A stretch of 64,000 nt of DNA from contig NC_090327.1 of assembly GCF_035084215.1 (NCBI RefSeq), positions 121,644,001 through 121,708,000 of the forward strand. The letters run 5' to 3'. The notes below the pieces were generated by a model. The model was given only the letters and a program-made list of their open reading frames with translations, was not told where the DNA came from and made no database searches. The position numbers were made by a program, and so were the translations under genes. Of this stretch, positions 53,543 through 63,832 are shown one piece after another (within the stretch, counting starts at the first letter, position 1; each line of letters begins with the position of its first letter). The stretch comes from Heptranchias perlo. Lineage: Eukaryota.

Positions 53543-53772
53543 TGTGTCTGTCTGTGTGTGTGTCCTCTGCATATGCATGTGTGTGTGTATATGTTTGTGT
53601 TTGTACCTGTGTCTGGTTCTGTGTATGTGCGCGCGCCTGTATGTATGTGTGTTTGTACCTGTGTGTATGTGTGTTTGCATGTGTGTGTGTGTGTATCTGT
53701 GTGTGTGTATATCTATCTATCTGTGTGTGTGTATCTATGTGTATCTGTGTGCGTGCGTGTATCTGTGTGTGC
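53543..53772. repeat. Degenerate (TG)n microsatellite
   Basis: Visible. Confidence 0.93.
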
Positions 53773-53834
53773 CTGGTTCTGTTAGTGAGTTTGAGTGAGT
53801 GAGGGGATGTCCATTGAAGATTGATAAACATGTG

Positions 53835-53850
53835 GTGCCATCTAGTGGCA
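53835..53850 (-). promoter_or_regulatory. Candidate CTCF site
   Basis: Minus strand TGCCACTAGATGGCAC matches the CTCF core CCAC[CT]AG[AG][GT]GGCA; motif evidence only. Confidence 0.5.
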
Positions 53851-54924
53851 ACAGCATCATTTCCAGAATCCAGCTCAGATCTGACCTTATGATTCCAGCT
53901 TCTCTACTAGAAATGCATCGAATTCTGAGAGAGCTCGCCTCACTTCGCTGACCCTTTCTAAAGTGACTGAATGCTCAGAGACCCTGCCCAAGGTCTTGGT
54001 CATAACAGCTCTGAACTGCACTCATTGCCACAACTGTTGATCGCAACTAATCATTTTTTAATCTGGGGGAAGGAAATGAGTAATGTCTACAGGACAAATT
54101 AGAGGGATAGTGACTCTTAGTTTGCAACATACTTTTCCAATAATCACCTTCTCTCAGTTTAAAAGGAATGTTTGATCAGAACCGTGTGATATCACTTGGA
54201 TTAAACTGATAGACCCCACTGCTCGACACAGCGTTTCGGTGTCACACGAGGGAGAAATGATATTCAGTTTATACTATCATTCAATGATTGTTTGAAGTCA
54301 CAATTTAAATGTTGGTTTGAACACAATTTTCACTGCTCTGGGAGGATTTCACTCGGAGAGCTGCTGATTTGCAGTAAGTGGAATTGTGGTCGCAGACGGC
54401 AGTTAGTTGTTGGCTGGTGAATCCAACATCAGTCTCTGTGCAGTGGGTTTCCATTACCCCAGGGGTGAATGGCAGTTACCGAATTACCCCCACCTCCCGC
54501 TGAAGTCTGGTGTTTCTAGCGGGTGGGACAATGTTGCAGCCGTGAGTTCACACCTGGAACTTCCCGCACGGTCAGTTACCGACCTCAGCCACACCCCTGG
54601 GGGGAGGTCCAGCAAGGAAAACCCACTTAGTACACTACCTAACAGCCAATCATAGAGCAGCGCTGGGAGCCGGTTACCTGCTCACCTATTGGGTGAGAAT
54701 GGGGTATCAGGCTGGGAGACATGAAGAGGGGGAAAATTAATGATATAAATGTTTGTTTAGCTCCTCCAGTGACAGCTGGTGTAGCAGCACCCCTGACTTT
54801 GAGAGGGGGAAATTAACCAGGTCCCAGTACTGGTCATCGTGCTGGAAAACACATGTGTGAGAACATCAAGTGAGGATGGAATGGGCTGAGGTGTGTAACC
54901 ACCTCAGGATGACAAATTTCCTTT

Positions 54925-55297
54925 ATGATTAATGGATTCAAGAGGGCAGATAGAGAGAAACTATTTCCTGTGGTGGGGGAGTCCAGAACTAGGGGGAATA
55001 ACCTTAAAATTAGAGCTAGGCCGTTCAGGGTTGAGGTCAGGAAGCACTTCTTCACAAAGAGGGGTGTGGAAATCTGGAATTCCACCCCCCCCCCCCAAAA
55101 AAAAGCTGTCGAGGCTGAGGGGGGGGGGAGGTCACTTGAAAAATTCAAAACTGAGATTGATAGATTTTTGCTAGGCAAGGGTATTAAGAGTTACAGAACC
55201 AAGGTTGGTAAATGGAGTTGAGATACAGATCAGCCATGATCTAGATCAATGGCAGAACAGACTCGAGGGATTGAATGGCCTCCTGCTGTCCCTATGT
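54925..55297 (+). mobile_element. CR1 3' fragment
   Basis: DREKLFPVVGESRTRG..HFFTKRGVEIWNS. Confidence 0.85.
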
Positions 55298-56819
55298 AAG
55301 TTGGGTGAGCTGGAGGCTGCCAGCAGTAGATCCTTCCCCAGTGTGGTTCAGTGGCCTCAGGGGAAGAGGGGAGGAAATGATTGGTATAAAACGCAATACA
55401 GTGAATACTCAAATGAACCGGTACGCTGGCACTAGCATTTCTCCCAATCAAGTCTAATTTTGGTTGGCTCCTGCGTTTATAATTTCAGGAAGTGACCGAG
55501 CAGTTAGCATACATTTAGAGGAGGTAATAACACTTTAATCAAAGTAGCTCATGAACCAAATCGCTTAATAATCTCTACATTCCTCAACCACATCATTTGA
55601 AAATAAAGGCATGTTTCTAACAGTATCTGTGAGAAAACCCCAATCTATATATTACATAATTATATTGGTCTGCAGCCTCCCTTGCTACGTATGAACGTGT
55701 TCAGAAAGTGATGGCGCTCCTGCAAGACTGAGGCATCAAGGAACAATTTAAAATTAATTTTAATATGCATGCGGAAATACCTCTCCTCATCACCCCCAGA
55801 CATTTCTCGGAGCTGATCAGAATATCAATCTCCTCTCAAACAAATAATGTAAAATTTAAAAATCCAGCTTTACACTGTTGTTTTTCGATAAAATCACAGT
55901 AATGGAGAGAATACATTCCCCATATGTGGGAAACACGTTTTATTTTGATGGGTTCATTGATGGACATTGAATCCCACCAGGATTCCCGCAAGTGTTGCTT
56001 CAAGGAGCATAAAAGCCAGGACCCAAACGAGTATAACTGGAACCAAATATAAAACTATACGAGGAATGTGTCATTTTGGGATATCGATAATGGTGAAAAA
56101 TCAATTGGTGAATTGGGGCTACTTGGACTGTGAGTTAAAGCGCAGTTTGTAGGTTCCCGTTTATCCCAGAGGTATGGACAGAAATCTTTCTCTTTACCAA
56201 TTACTATGATTGTGAGTGGTGCCAAACCAGTTGTCAGTGGATATGAATTAATAACACAAAACAGCCTCACATTTGGCACTATTTGGAATTTAGTTAGTGA
56301 TAAAGTTATGCGCAGTATATATTCCTCTTTTGGAAGTTTTAGGTTCACCCATTTCTCTGTGAGCAGCGCCAGTCCAAGTAACGCAGGCTATGTTTGGATT
56401 TCCTCCAGTTAGACCTGTGCCTCAAGAATTCAAAAATGTCACCAGGCAAAAACTAACCTTTCGGCACATACTGGCACTAATGACCAATTCACATTCTCAG
56501 GCAGCTATTGGGCTAATTGATTGATAGAAATTAGAACGCTTGCAAACCTCAGTTTTCTGCCTGTGATCATCTTTCTTGATGGATTCCATGACAAGCAGAA
56601 CGGCATTCTTTAGACTACAGGAAAGTCCAGTCACTATTTTGAGTTTAAGTTGCCTGAATAAGGATTGTTTTTGCAGCAATGAAACACAAAGGAATTGGAA
56701 GAAGTATCGAGACTCAGAGATAGAGAGCAACTGTAAATCTTACTGCCTTTATTGTGGACTGTAAGCACTGATTTGAATGTGAAAAGTTTAGTCAAAAAGA
56801 GGCCTCAGAAACTACAGTC

Positions 56820-57807
56820 ATAGAGTCATAGAGTTATACAGCACGGATAGAGGCCCTTCGGCCCATCGTGTCCGCACCGGCCATCAAGCCCTGTCTAATC
56901 CCATATTCCAGCATTTGGTCCGTAGCCTTGTATGCTATGGCATTTCAAGTGCTCATCCAAATGCTTCTTGAATGTTGTGAGGGTTCCTGCCTCCACAACC
57001 CTTTCAGGCAGTGAGTTCCAGACTCCAACCACCCTCTCGGTGAAAAAGTTCTTTCTCAAATCCCCTCTAAACCTCCCGCCTTTTACCTTGAATCTATGTC
57101 CCCTTGTTATAGAACCCTCAACGAAGGGAAAAAGCTCCTTAGTATCTATCCTATCTGTGCCCCTCATAATTTTGTACACCTCAATCATGTCCCCCCTCAG
57201 CCTCCTCTGCTCCAAGGAAAACAAACCCAATCTTCCCAGTCTCTCTTCATAGCTGAAGCGCTCCAGCCCTGGTAACATCCTGGTGAATCTCCTCTGCACC
57301 CTCTCCAAAGCGATCACATCCTTCCTGTAGTGTGGCGACCAGAACTGCACACAGTACTCCAGCTGTGGCCTAACCAGTGTTTTATACAGCTCCATCATAA
57401 CCTCCTTGCCCTTATATTCTATGCCTCGGCTAATAAAGGCAAGTATCCCATATGCCTTCTTTACCACCTTATCTACCTGTTCCGCCGCCTTCAGGGATCT
57501 GTGAACTTGCACACTAAGATCCCTCTGACCCTCTGTCTTGCCTCGGGTCCTCCCATTCATTGTGTATTCCCTTGCCTTGTTAGTCCCTCCAAAGTGCATC
57601 ACCTCGCACTTTTCCGGGTTAAATTCCATTTGCCACTGTTCCGCCCATCTGACCAACCCATCTATATCGTCCTGCAGACTGAGGCTATCCTCCTCGCTAT
57701 TTACCACCCTACCAATTTTTGTATCATCAGCGAACTTACTGATCATACCTTTTACATTCATATCCAAGTCATTAATGTAGACCACAAACAGCAAGGGACC
57801 CAGCACC
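56820..57807 (-). mobile_element. Young 5'-truncated CR1 with uninterrupted RT C-terminal frame
   Basis: 303-aa ORF LGPLLFVVYINDL..KFADDTK..; (CTCTATGA)-type tail; probable TSD CAGTC (56815-56819, 57808-57812). Confidence 0.95.
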
Positions 57808-58478
57808 CAGTCCTACATTTACTCCAATTACATTGAGCATGCTCGCCATGGCAGTTCAGGAAAACAAACGGAGCAATAACGGATCTGCGGCATATTTCCA
57901 GCACTTACTGTTTTTATTGTAAATTCTCAGCACGGACACCCTTTTAACTGAGGCCAGCAGAGTGACCGCGGGTGAGGGGGTACAGCCTGGGTGAGCTTGG
58001 AATATGTCAACAATATTTCTTACAGGTTGGATTTTAAACTTCCAAAATACCTTGACGGAGGAATATTTTATACTGAAAGTATTCCTCCACCGTTCATATT
58101 TTCCTTTAAGGTCCCTGGGTCACAAATGAAATTAATCTGGACCACCGTTAACATAGACCCATAGTTGCCAACCATCTGCTTTTGGTCTATTCTGCACAAT
58201 TAGGGCTAGAAAGTTGCTACCCACGAATGCCCAGTACATATTGGTCGTCCCATGTGTACACCTGGTGTGGGGAAGTGACAATTGGTCCAGCTGTTTCTAG
58301 TGGCAGTACAATTAAGGCAATCAGCCACAAACAAACCTCGAACCAGCTCCAGAAAGCCACGTGTAAGTTCGGCAGTGGGTGAGTTAGAGCCATGTCATTT
58401 CCTGTACAGTTGTATTTCACCAGCCCGGCAACAGGGTTGTTCCAAACCCCAGATTAGTCGAGTGTTGGACACACAAAC

Positions 58479-58521
58479 ATGAAGACCTGTTTCGTTATCA
58501 TTGTGGTGATCTCTTTCCTAA
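58479..58521 (+). CDS. TRGV: TCR gamma V segment, leader exon
   Basis: MKTCFVIIVVISFL plus 1 nt, donor A|GTCAGT (phase 1), 91-nt intron to CCTTTTCACCAG; splices in frame with the V exon. Confidence 0.85.
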
Positions 58522-58612
58522 GTCAGTGTTAATGTCCATCTGATTATTCCCCCCCTGTATTATTGTTGATGGCACCATAAAAGTAACAATGATTTTGTAT
58601 CCTTTTCACCAG

Positions 58613-58921
58613 ATGGATGTGTCGCTAGATCCTTGATTCAGTTGGTCTCGGTCAGCACTAAATTGACAAAAACGGCAAGATTTACTTGTAAGGGTGACGG
58701 ACTTTCATTGGATCGCGTGACTATTCACTGGTACAGACAGTCTGCAAATAACGGGCTGCAGCACATACTATATTTTAAGTTCGCAACTGATACTAAAAAT
58801 GATGACGGTTTTCACACTCGATTTTCAGCTAACAAAGTGGCTGCAGACAACTCCTGCAATCTGTTTGTAACGTCTGTCGAGGAGGCTGACACTGGGCTGT
58901 ATTACTGTGCGTATTGGTTTC
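58613..58921 (+). CDS. TRGV: T-cell receptor gamma variable gene segment, V exon (germline, open frame)
   Basis: (N)GCVARSLIQ..TARFTC..TIHWYRQ..LQHILY..RFSANK..DTGLYYCAYWF: Ig V-set Cys, Trp and DxGxYYC, with the TRGV-typical IHWY and YYCAxW; followed by a 23-RSS. Confidence 0.9.
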
Positions 58922-58960
58922 CACGGTGATGGAGAGCTGGAGGAAACCTGCACAAATACA
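58922..58960 (+). promoter_or_regulatory. V(D)J recombination signal sequence, 23-bp spacer
   Basis: Heptamer CACGGTG (58922-58928), spacer ATGGAGAGCTGGAGGAAACCTGC (23 nt), nonamer ACAAATACA (58952-58960). Confidence 0.93.
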
Positions 58961-59086
58961 CAGAACTGTACCTTCCTTTTGTTCAAGCTGTTAACACACA
59001 AACCACAAGTGCAACGTTTTGAGATTTCCATTGCTGATAATTAAGCTACATATTTCTTCCCTTGTCAATCAAAGAAGCAAATGTAT

Positions 59087-59583
59087 TGCCTGGATGAGTG
59101 CAGCTCCAACAACACTCAAGAAGCTCGACACCATCCAGGACAAAGCAGCCCGCTTGATTGGCACCCCATCCACCACCCTAAATATTCACTCCCTTCACCA
59201 CCGGCACACCGTGGCTGCAGTGTGTACCATCCACAGGATGCACTGCAGCAACTCACCAAGGCTTCTTCAACAGCACCTCCCAAACCTGCGACCTCTACCA
59301 CCTAGAAGGACAAGGGCAGCAGGTGCTTGGGAACAACACCACCTGCACGTTCCCCTCCAAGTCATACACCATCCCGACTTGGAAATATATCGCCGTTCCT
59401 TCATCGTCGCTGCGTCAAAATCCTGGAACTCCCTACCTAACAGAACTGTGGGAGAACCTTCACCACACGGACTGCAGCGGTTCAAGGCGGCTGCTCATCA
59501 CCACCTTCTCAAGGGCAATTAGGGATGGGCAATAAATGCTGGCCTTGCCAGCAACGCCCACATCCCATGAACAAATAAAAAAA
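59087..59583 (+). mobile_element. LINE 3' end (HHHLLKG* family) with A-rich tail
   Basis: 12-bp TSD AAGCAAATGTAT (59075-59086, 59584-59595); open frame to the stop codon. Confidence 0.9.
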
Positions 59584-60758
59584 AAGCAAATGTATGGAAC
59601 ATAAACCCGGCATTTCTTACTGCTTCACATCCTGAAGAATCATTTACCAAATAGAGATGATTAAGAGTCTCAGATATTTGGGTCACTTCTTCTGGCTAAG
59701 AGGAACTCATAGCTGGAAGGGAAATGATGCAGTCATGGGTTGGAAATCTTCTGAAGGTGAAGATCTGAAAACCAAGAAACCTATGATCAAGCTGATGGAG
59801 ATGTTAACTGAGCAGCTACATCTCTAAGGATGCATATTACAAATTTGGATCTGCCATAGATACCTCTTCTGGTTTAGTGGCATTAGTCAGGTGTGTTATT
59901 GGACCCTATTTGTAAGAATAGGTTTACCAGGTAAAATAGACATAGTAAGCTTTTCTCAATATAAAATATATATCCACATATTAAAGGCTCATTCTGCAAT
60001 GGCTGTACAAGATCTGACCTGGAATATGAGAGCTCATTAACCATCCATAACAAGAAATAAGAAATATAGTAAATCAGCCAAGGAGACTGAAGGGGAGTAA
60101 CCTGGTATGAATGGAGAGGTGGGGGTGTTGTCATAGAATCATAGAATGGTTATAGCACAAAAGGAGGCCATTAGGCCCACCGAGCCCTTGCTACCTCTTT
60201 GTAAGAGCAATCCAGTTAGTCCCATTCCCCTGCTCTTTCCCCTTAGCCCTGCAAATTTTTTCCCTTCAAGTATTTATCCAATTCCTTTTTGACAGCCATG
60301 ACTGAATCTACTTCCACCACCCTTTCAGACAGCGCATTCCAGATCATAATTACTTGCTGCATAAAAAAGTTTTTCCTCATATCGCCTTTGGTTCTTTTGC
60401 CAATCACCTTAAATCTGTGTCCTCTGGTTCTCATCCCTTCTACCAATGGATACAGTTTCACTTTATTTAATATTACCTAACCCCTTCATGATTTTGAACA
60501 CTTCTATCAAATCTCCTCCTAACCTCTCTGCTCTAAGAAGAATAACCCCAGCTTCTCCAGTCTATCCGCGTAACTGGTTCCAGGGATGAAGGACTTCATT
60601 CTAGTAAATCTTTTCTGCACCCTCCCTAAGGCCTTCACATCATTCCTAAAGTGCGGTGCCCAGAATTGGACACCATACTCCATTTGTGGCTGAACCAGTG
60701 TTTTATAAAGGTTCATCATAACTTCCTTGCTTTTGTACTCTATGCCTCTATTTATAAA

Positions 60759-60851
60759 TTGTAAACAATTTTACAACACCAAGTTATAGTCCAACAAATT
60801 TATTTTAAATTCCACAAGCTTTCGGAGGCTTCCTCCTTCCTCAGGTGAACA
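60759..60851 (-). mobile_element. 93-bp Penelope-like terminal fragment carrying a hammerhead motif
   Basis: 11-bp TSD CTATTTATAAA (60748-60758, 60852-60862); minus strand has a hammerhead core followed by AATAAA. Confidence 0.75.
60811..60849 (-). ncRNA. Minimal type I hammerhead ribozyme motif
   Basis: UUCAC-CUGAGGA-A-GGAG-GAAGC-CUCC-GAAA-GC-UU-GUGGA: CUGANGA and GAAA cores, stem II GGAG/CUCC, stem I UUCAC/GUGGA, palindromic AAGCUU stem III. Confidence 0.7.
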
Positions 60852-61807
60852 CTATTTATAAAGCCCAGGATCCCATATGCTTTTTTAAATGCTTTCTCAA
60901 CCTGTCCAGCCATCTTCAAAGATTTGTGCACATATACCCCCAGATCTCTGTTCCTGCACCCTCTTTAGAATTGTACCATTTAGTTTATATTGCCTCTCCT
61001 CGTTCGTCCAGTTAAAATGTATCACTGCGCGCTTTTCTGCATTAAATTTCATCTGCCATGCCTGCCTGTATCCTCTTTGAGTCTATCACTATCCTCCTAA
61101 CTGTTTATTACACTTCCAAGTTTTGTATGATCTGCAAATTTTGAAATTGTGCCCTGTACACCCAAGTCCAAGTCATTAATATATATCAAGAAAAAAAGTG
61201 GTCCTAGTACTGACCCCTGGGAACACCACTGTACACCATCCTCCAGTCTGAAAACAACCATTCACCACTACTCTCACTTAGCCAATTTTGTTTCCATGCT
61301 GCCACTGCCCCTTTTATTCCATGGGCTTTTGAAAGTCCACATACATAACATCAACTGCATTGCCCTTATCGACCCTCTCTGTTACCTCATCAAAAGAAAA
61401 TCAAGTTAGTTAAACACAATTTGCCTTTTCAAGTGACTATTAATTTTGTACTGGATTATCATTTCTATGAGCTTCCCCACCACTGAGGTTCAACTGACTG
61501 GTCTTTAGTTGGCTCATTTATCCTTACACCCTTTTTTGAACAAGGATTTTTAAAAAATTTGTTCATGGGATGTGGGCATCACTGGCAAGGCTGGCATTTA
61601 TTGCCCATCCCTAATTGCCTTTGAGAAGGTGGTGATGAGCCGCCTTCCTGAACCGCTGCAGTCCGTGTGGTGAAGGTTCTCCCACAGTGCTGTTAGGAAG
61701 GGAGTTCCAGGATTTTTACCCAGCGACGATGAAGGAGCAGCGATATATTTCCAAGTTGGAATGGTGTGTGACTTGGAGGGGAACGTGCAGGTGGTGTTGT
61801 TCCCATG

Positions 61808-63262
61808 TTCTGCACACTCTTCGTGAGGTCCTTTACGTTGGCACAAGGGAGGCAACACACCATGCAGGACTCACGTTGGCAGTCACAGAAATGCCTGTCT
61901 GTCCCCCTAAATATCGAATCCTCTATGAATACTGCATTTCTACACTTCATTGTGTCCTCTGTGGAGTCCTTTGCCCCATGGTGCCATGCTCAGGTCTGCA
62001 CTCCTTTTAGGTGTTGTCACCCTCACTGATATTCAGTGCCGAATGCTGGTTTGAGAGTGCCACACACGCAGAAGATTCCTGCTCTGCCTGCCTCTTCCTA
62101 CCCTTATGGATGGTCACCCACTTGCTATCCTGAACCCTCTGTGGCTGCAGGGTGACCATCTCCTGGAACGTACGATCCAGGAAACCTTCAGCCTCCCTTA
62201 TGCTCTGCAGTGACTCCAGCCGCCTCCCAACCTCAGAAACCCTCGGCTTGAGTTCGAGCAACTGGAGGCATTGCATGCCCATGTGGCCCTCCAGGGCACG
62301 AGGCATCCTGAAGTTCCCACATGGCGCAGGAATTGAGGGCAATGGGTCTCAGCTGCCCATCCATTATATTTAGAGGCCTTTTTTTCTAAAGTCCTTTTAG
62401 ACACTCGATTATTATTAATTTACTTACAGTTCACTTACCCCAATTAACCTGCCCTTTTATTCCGGGTCTCAGAGCTCCTCCTCTGTTCACTGTGTTGTCA
62501 CTCTCTCTGTTCTTAGTGAATGGGGCTCCTCCCCGGTGCTCAGCACCACTTCTCTCCACTCTGCTCCCACTTTTTGTACTGATACCTGGGGCTCCTCCCC
62601 GGTGCTCAGCACCACTTCTCTCCACTCTGCTCCCACTTTTTGTACTGATACCTGGGGCTCCTCCCCGGTGCTCAGCACCACTTCTCTCCACTCTGCTCCC
62701 ACTTTTTGTACTGATACCTGGGGCTCCTCCCCGGTGCTCAGCACCACTTCTCTCAATTCCACTCCCACTTCTTGTACTGATACCTGGGGCTCCTCCCCTG
62801 GTGCTCAGAGCCACTTCTCTCGACTAAATTATCTATTTATTTATAAATAATTACATTTTAGTGTGTATCATTTTGCTTTTTTAGTTTAAATTTAGCACAT
62901 CCTTCCCCCTCTATATCTAATTCCCACTCTCACCAAATTCTCAAGTTCCCACTTTGTTCATGATCCACTCTGTGTATCAGCAGATAACCTTCTACTTTAT
63001 ACACCTTTTGAATACTGCAGTTCAATCAGCTTCCAGCTCACAGTAATTACCCTCTAGTCAGGCAATCACTTATAGCTGATTGACTGTTAACTGCCACTGA
63101 CTTGCAGTTTCTGTTAACCAACTTGCAGTTTCTTTTAAAGTTTTAAAGTTCTAAGTTCAATTTTAACTAAATTTTAATTTCAATTCACCCACTACTTTAC
63201 CAGAGTCCCACTCTCACTAAATTCTCAAGTTCCCACTCGGTTCCTGATCGACTCTGTTCACG
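61808..63262 (-). mobile_element. CR1 5' UTR and ORF1 (same family as 40160)
   Basis: CLQLLELKPRVSE..FLDRTFQEMVT; NAVFIEDSIFRGTDRHFC..MVCCLP; UTR colinear with 40180-40420. Confidence 0.88.
62522..62820 (-). repeat. 66-bp tandem repeat (about 4.5 copies) within the CR1 5' UTR
   Basis: Units start at 62522, 62588, 62654, 62720 and 62786. Confidence 0.95.
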
Positions 63263-63832
63263 ATGCCCACTCTGTGCTTCAGTCCTCTGGATGTACTGGG
63301 AAGAGATAAGATTTTGAAGGCTACAGAGAACAATAATGAGCACTCGTGTGTGGAATGTTCAGAGTGTAATAAACCCAAGACATTAATGGGCATACACAAC
63401 AAATGATAGCAGGTAGCATTACCACTAAACACTCTCATGAATCAACAGCATACACAGGATGTAATGACATATTGTAGCCACATTTGTCCTATGTAGTTAA
63501 CCCTATAAAAAGATACAGCAGACAAGCAGTCAAGATGACATGCTTGCGACCTCCTGATGTGTCCTTTGTTTGTGAGCTATAATCAGTACCCATCTCATAT
63601 GCACTGCACGTAAGGGGTTGTGTTTTATTATCTAATTGAGATAGTTTAATAAAGAGTATAAACCAGTGTTTCCGAGTCCTTGAACTTATATTAGAGTTAA
63701 AGTTAGAGTTGTATTAGAGTATGACAATTTGGTGGGAAGAATAAGGAAGCCACATACTCCTTGGAAAATAAGTCTAAATGGGATACAGGAGCAAAGGGGT
63801 ATAGGAATACAAATCACTAAAGGGTAACGCAA

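Larger units (their letters stand above)
60130..61548 (-). mobile_element. CR1 RT to 3' end, decayed
   Basis: NLYKTLVQPQMEYGVQFWAPH; TRGHRFKVIGKR..WNALSERVVE; tail (ATTCTATG)n on the minus strand. Confidence 0.9.

Noticed and set aside
53223-53831. Cys/Val-rich and His/Thr-rich ORFs
   Set aside because: Translations of a (TG)n microsatellite
58613-58960. Alternative identity as IgH, IgL, IgNAR or TRB V
   Set aside because: IHWYRQ and YYCAYW with a 23-RSS, no octamer and no nearby cluster-type D/J segments favour TRGV; a phylogeny would be decisive
63460-63726. Possible short solo LTR (TG..CA with AATAAA)
   Set aside because: No matching TSD or second copy found
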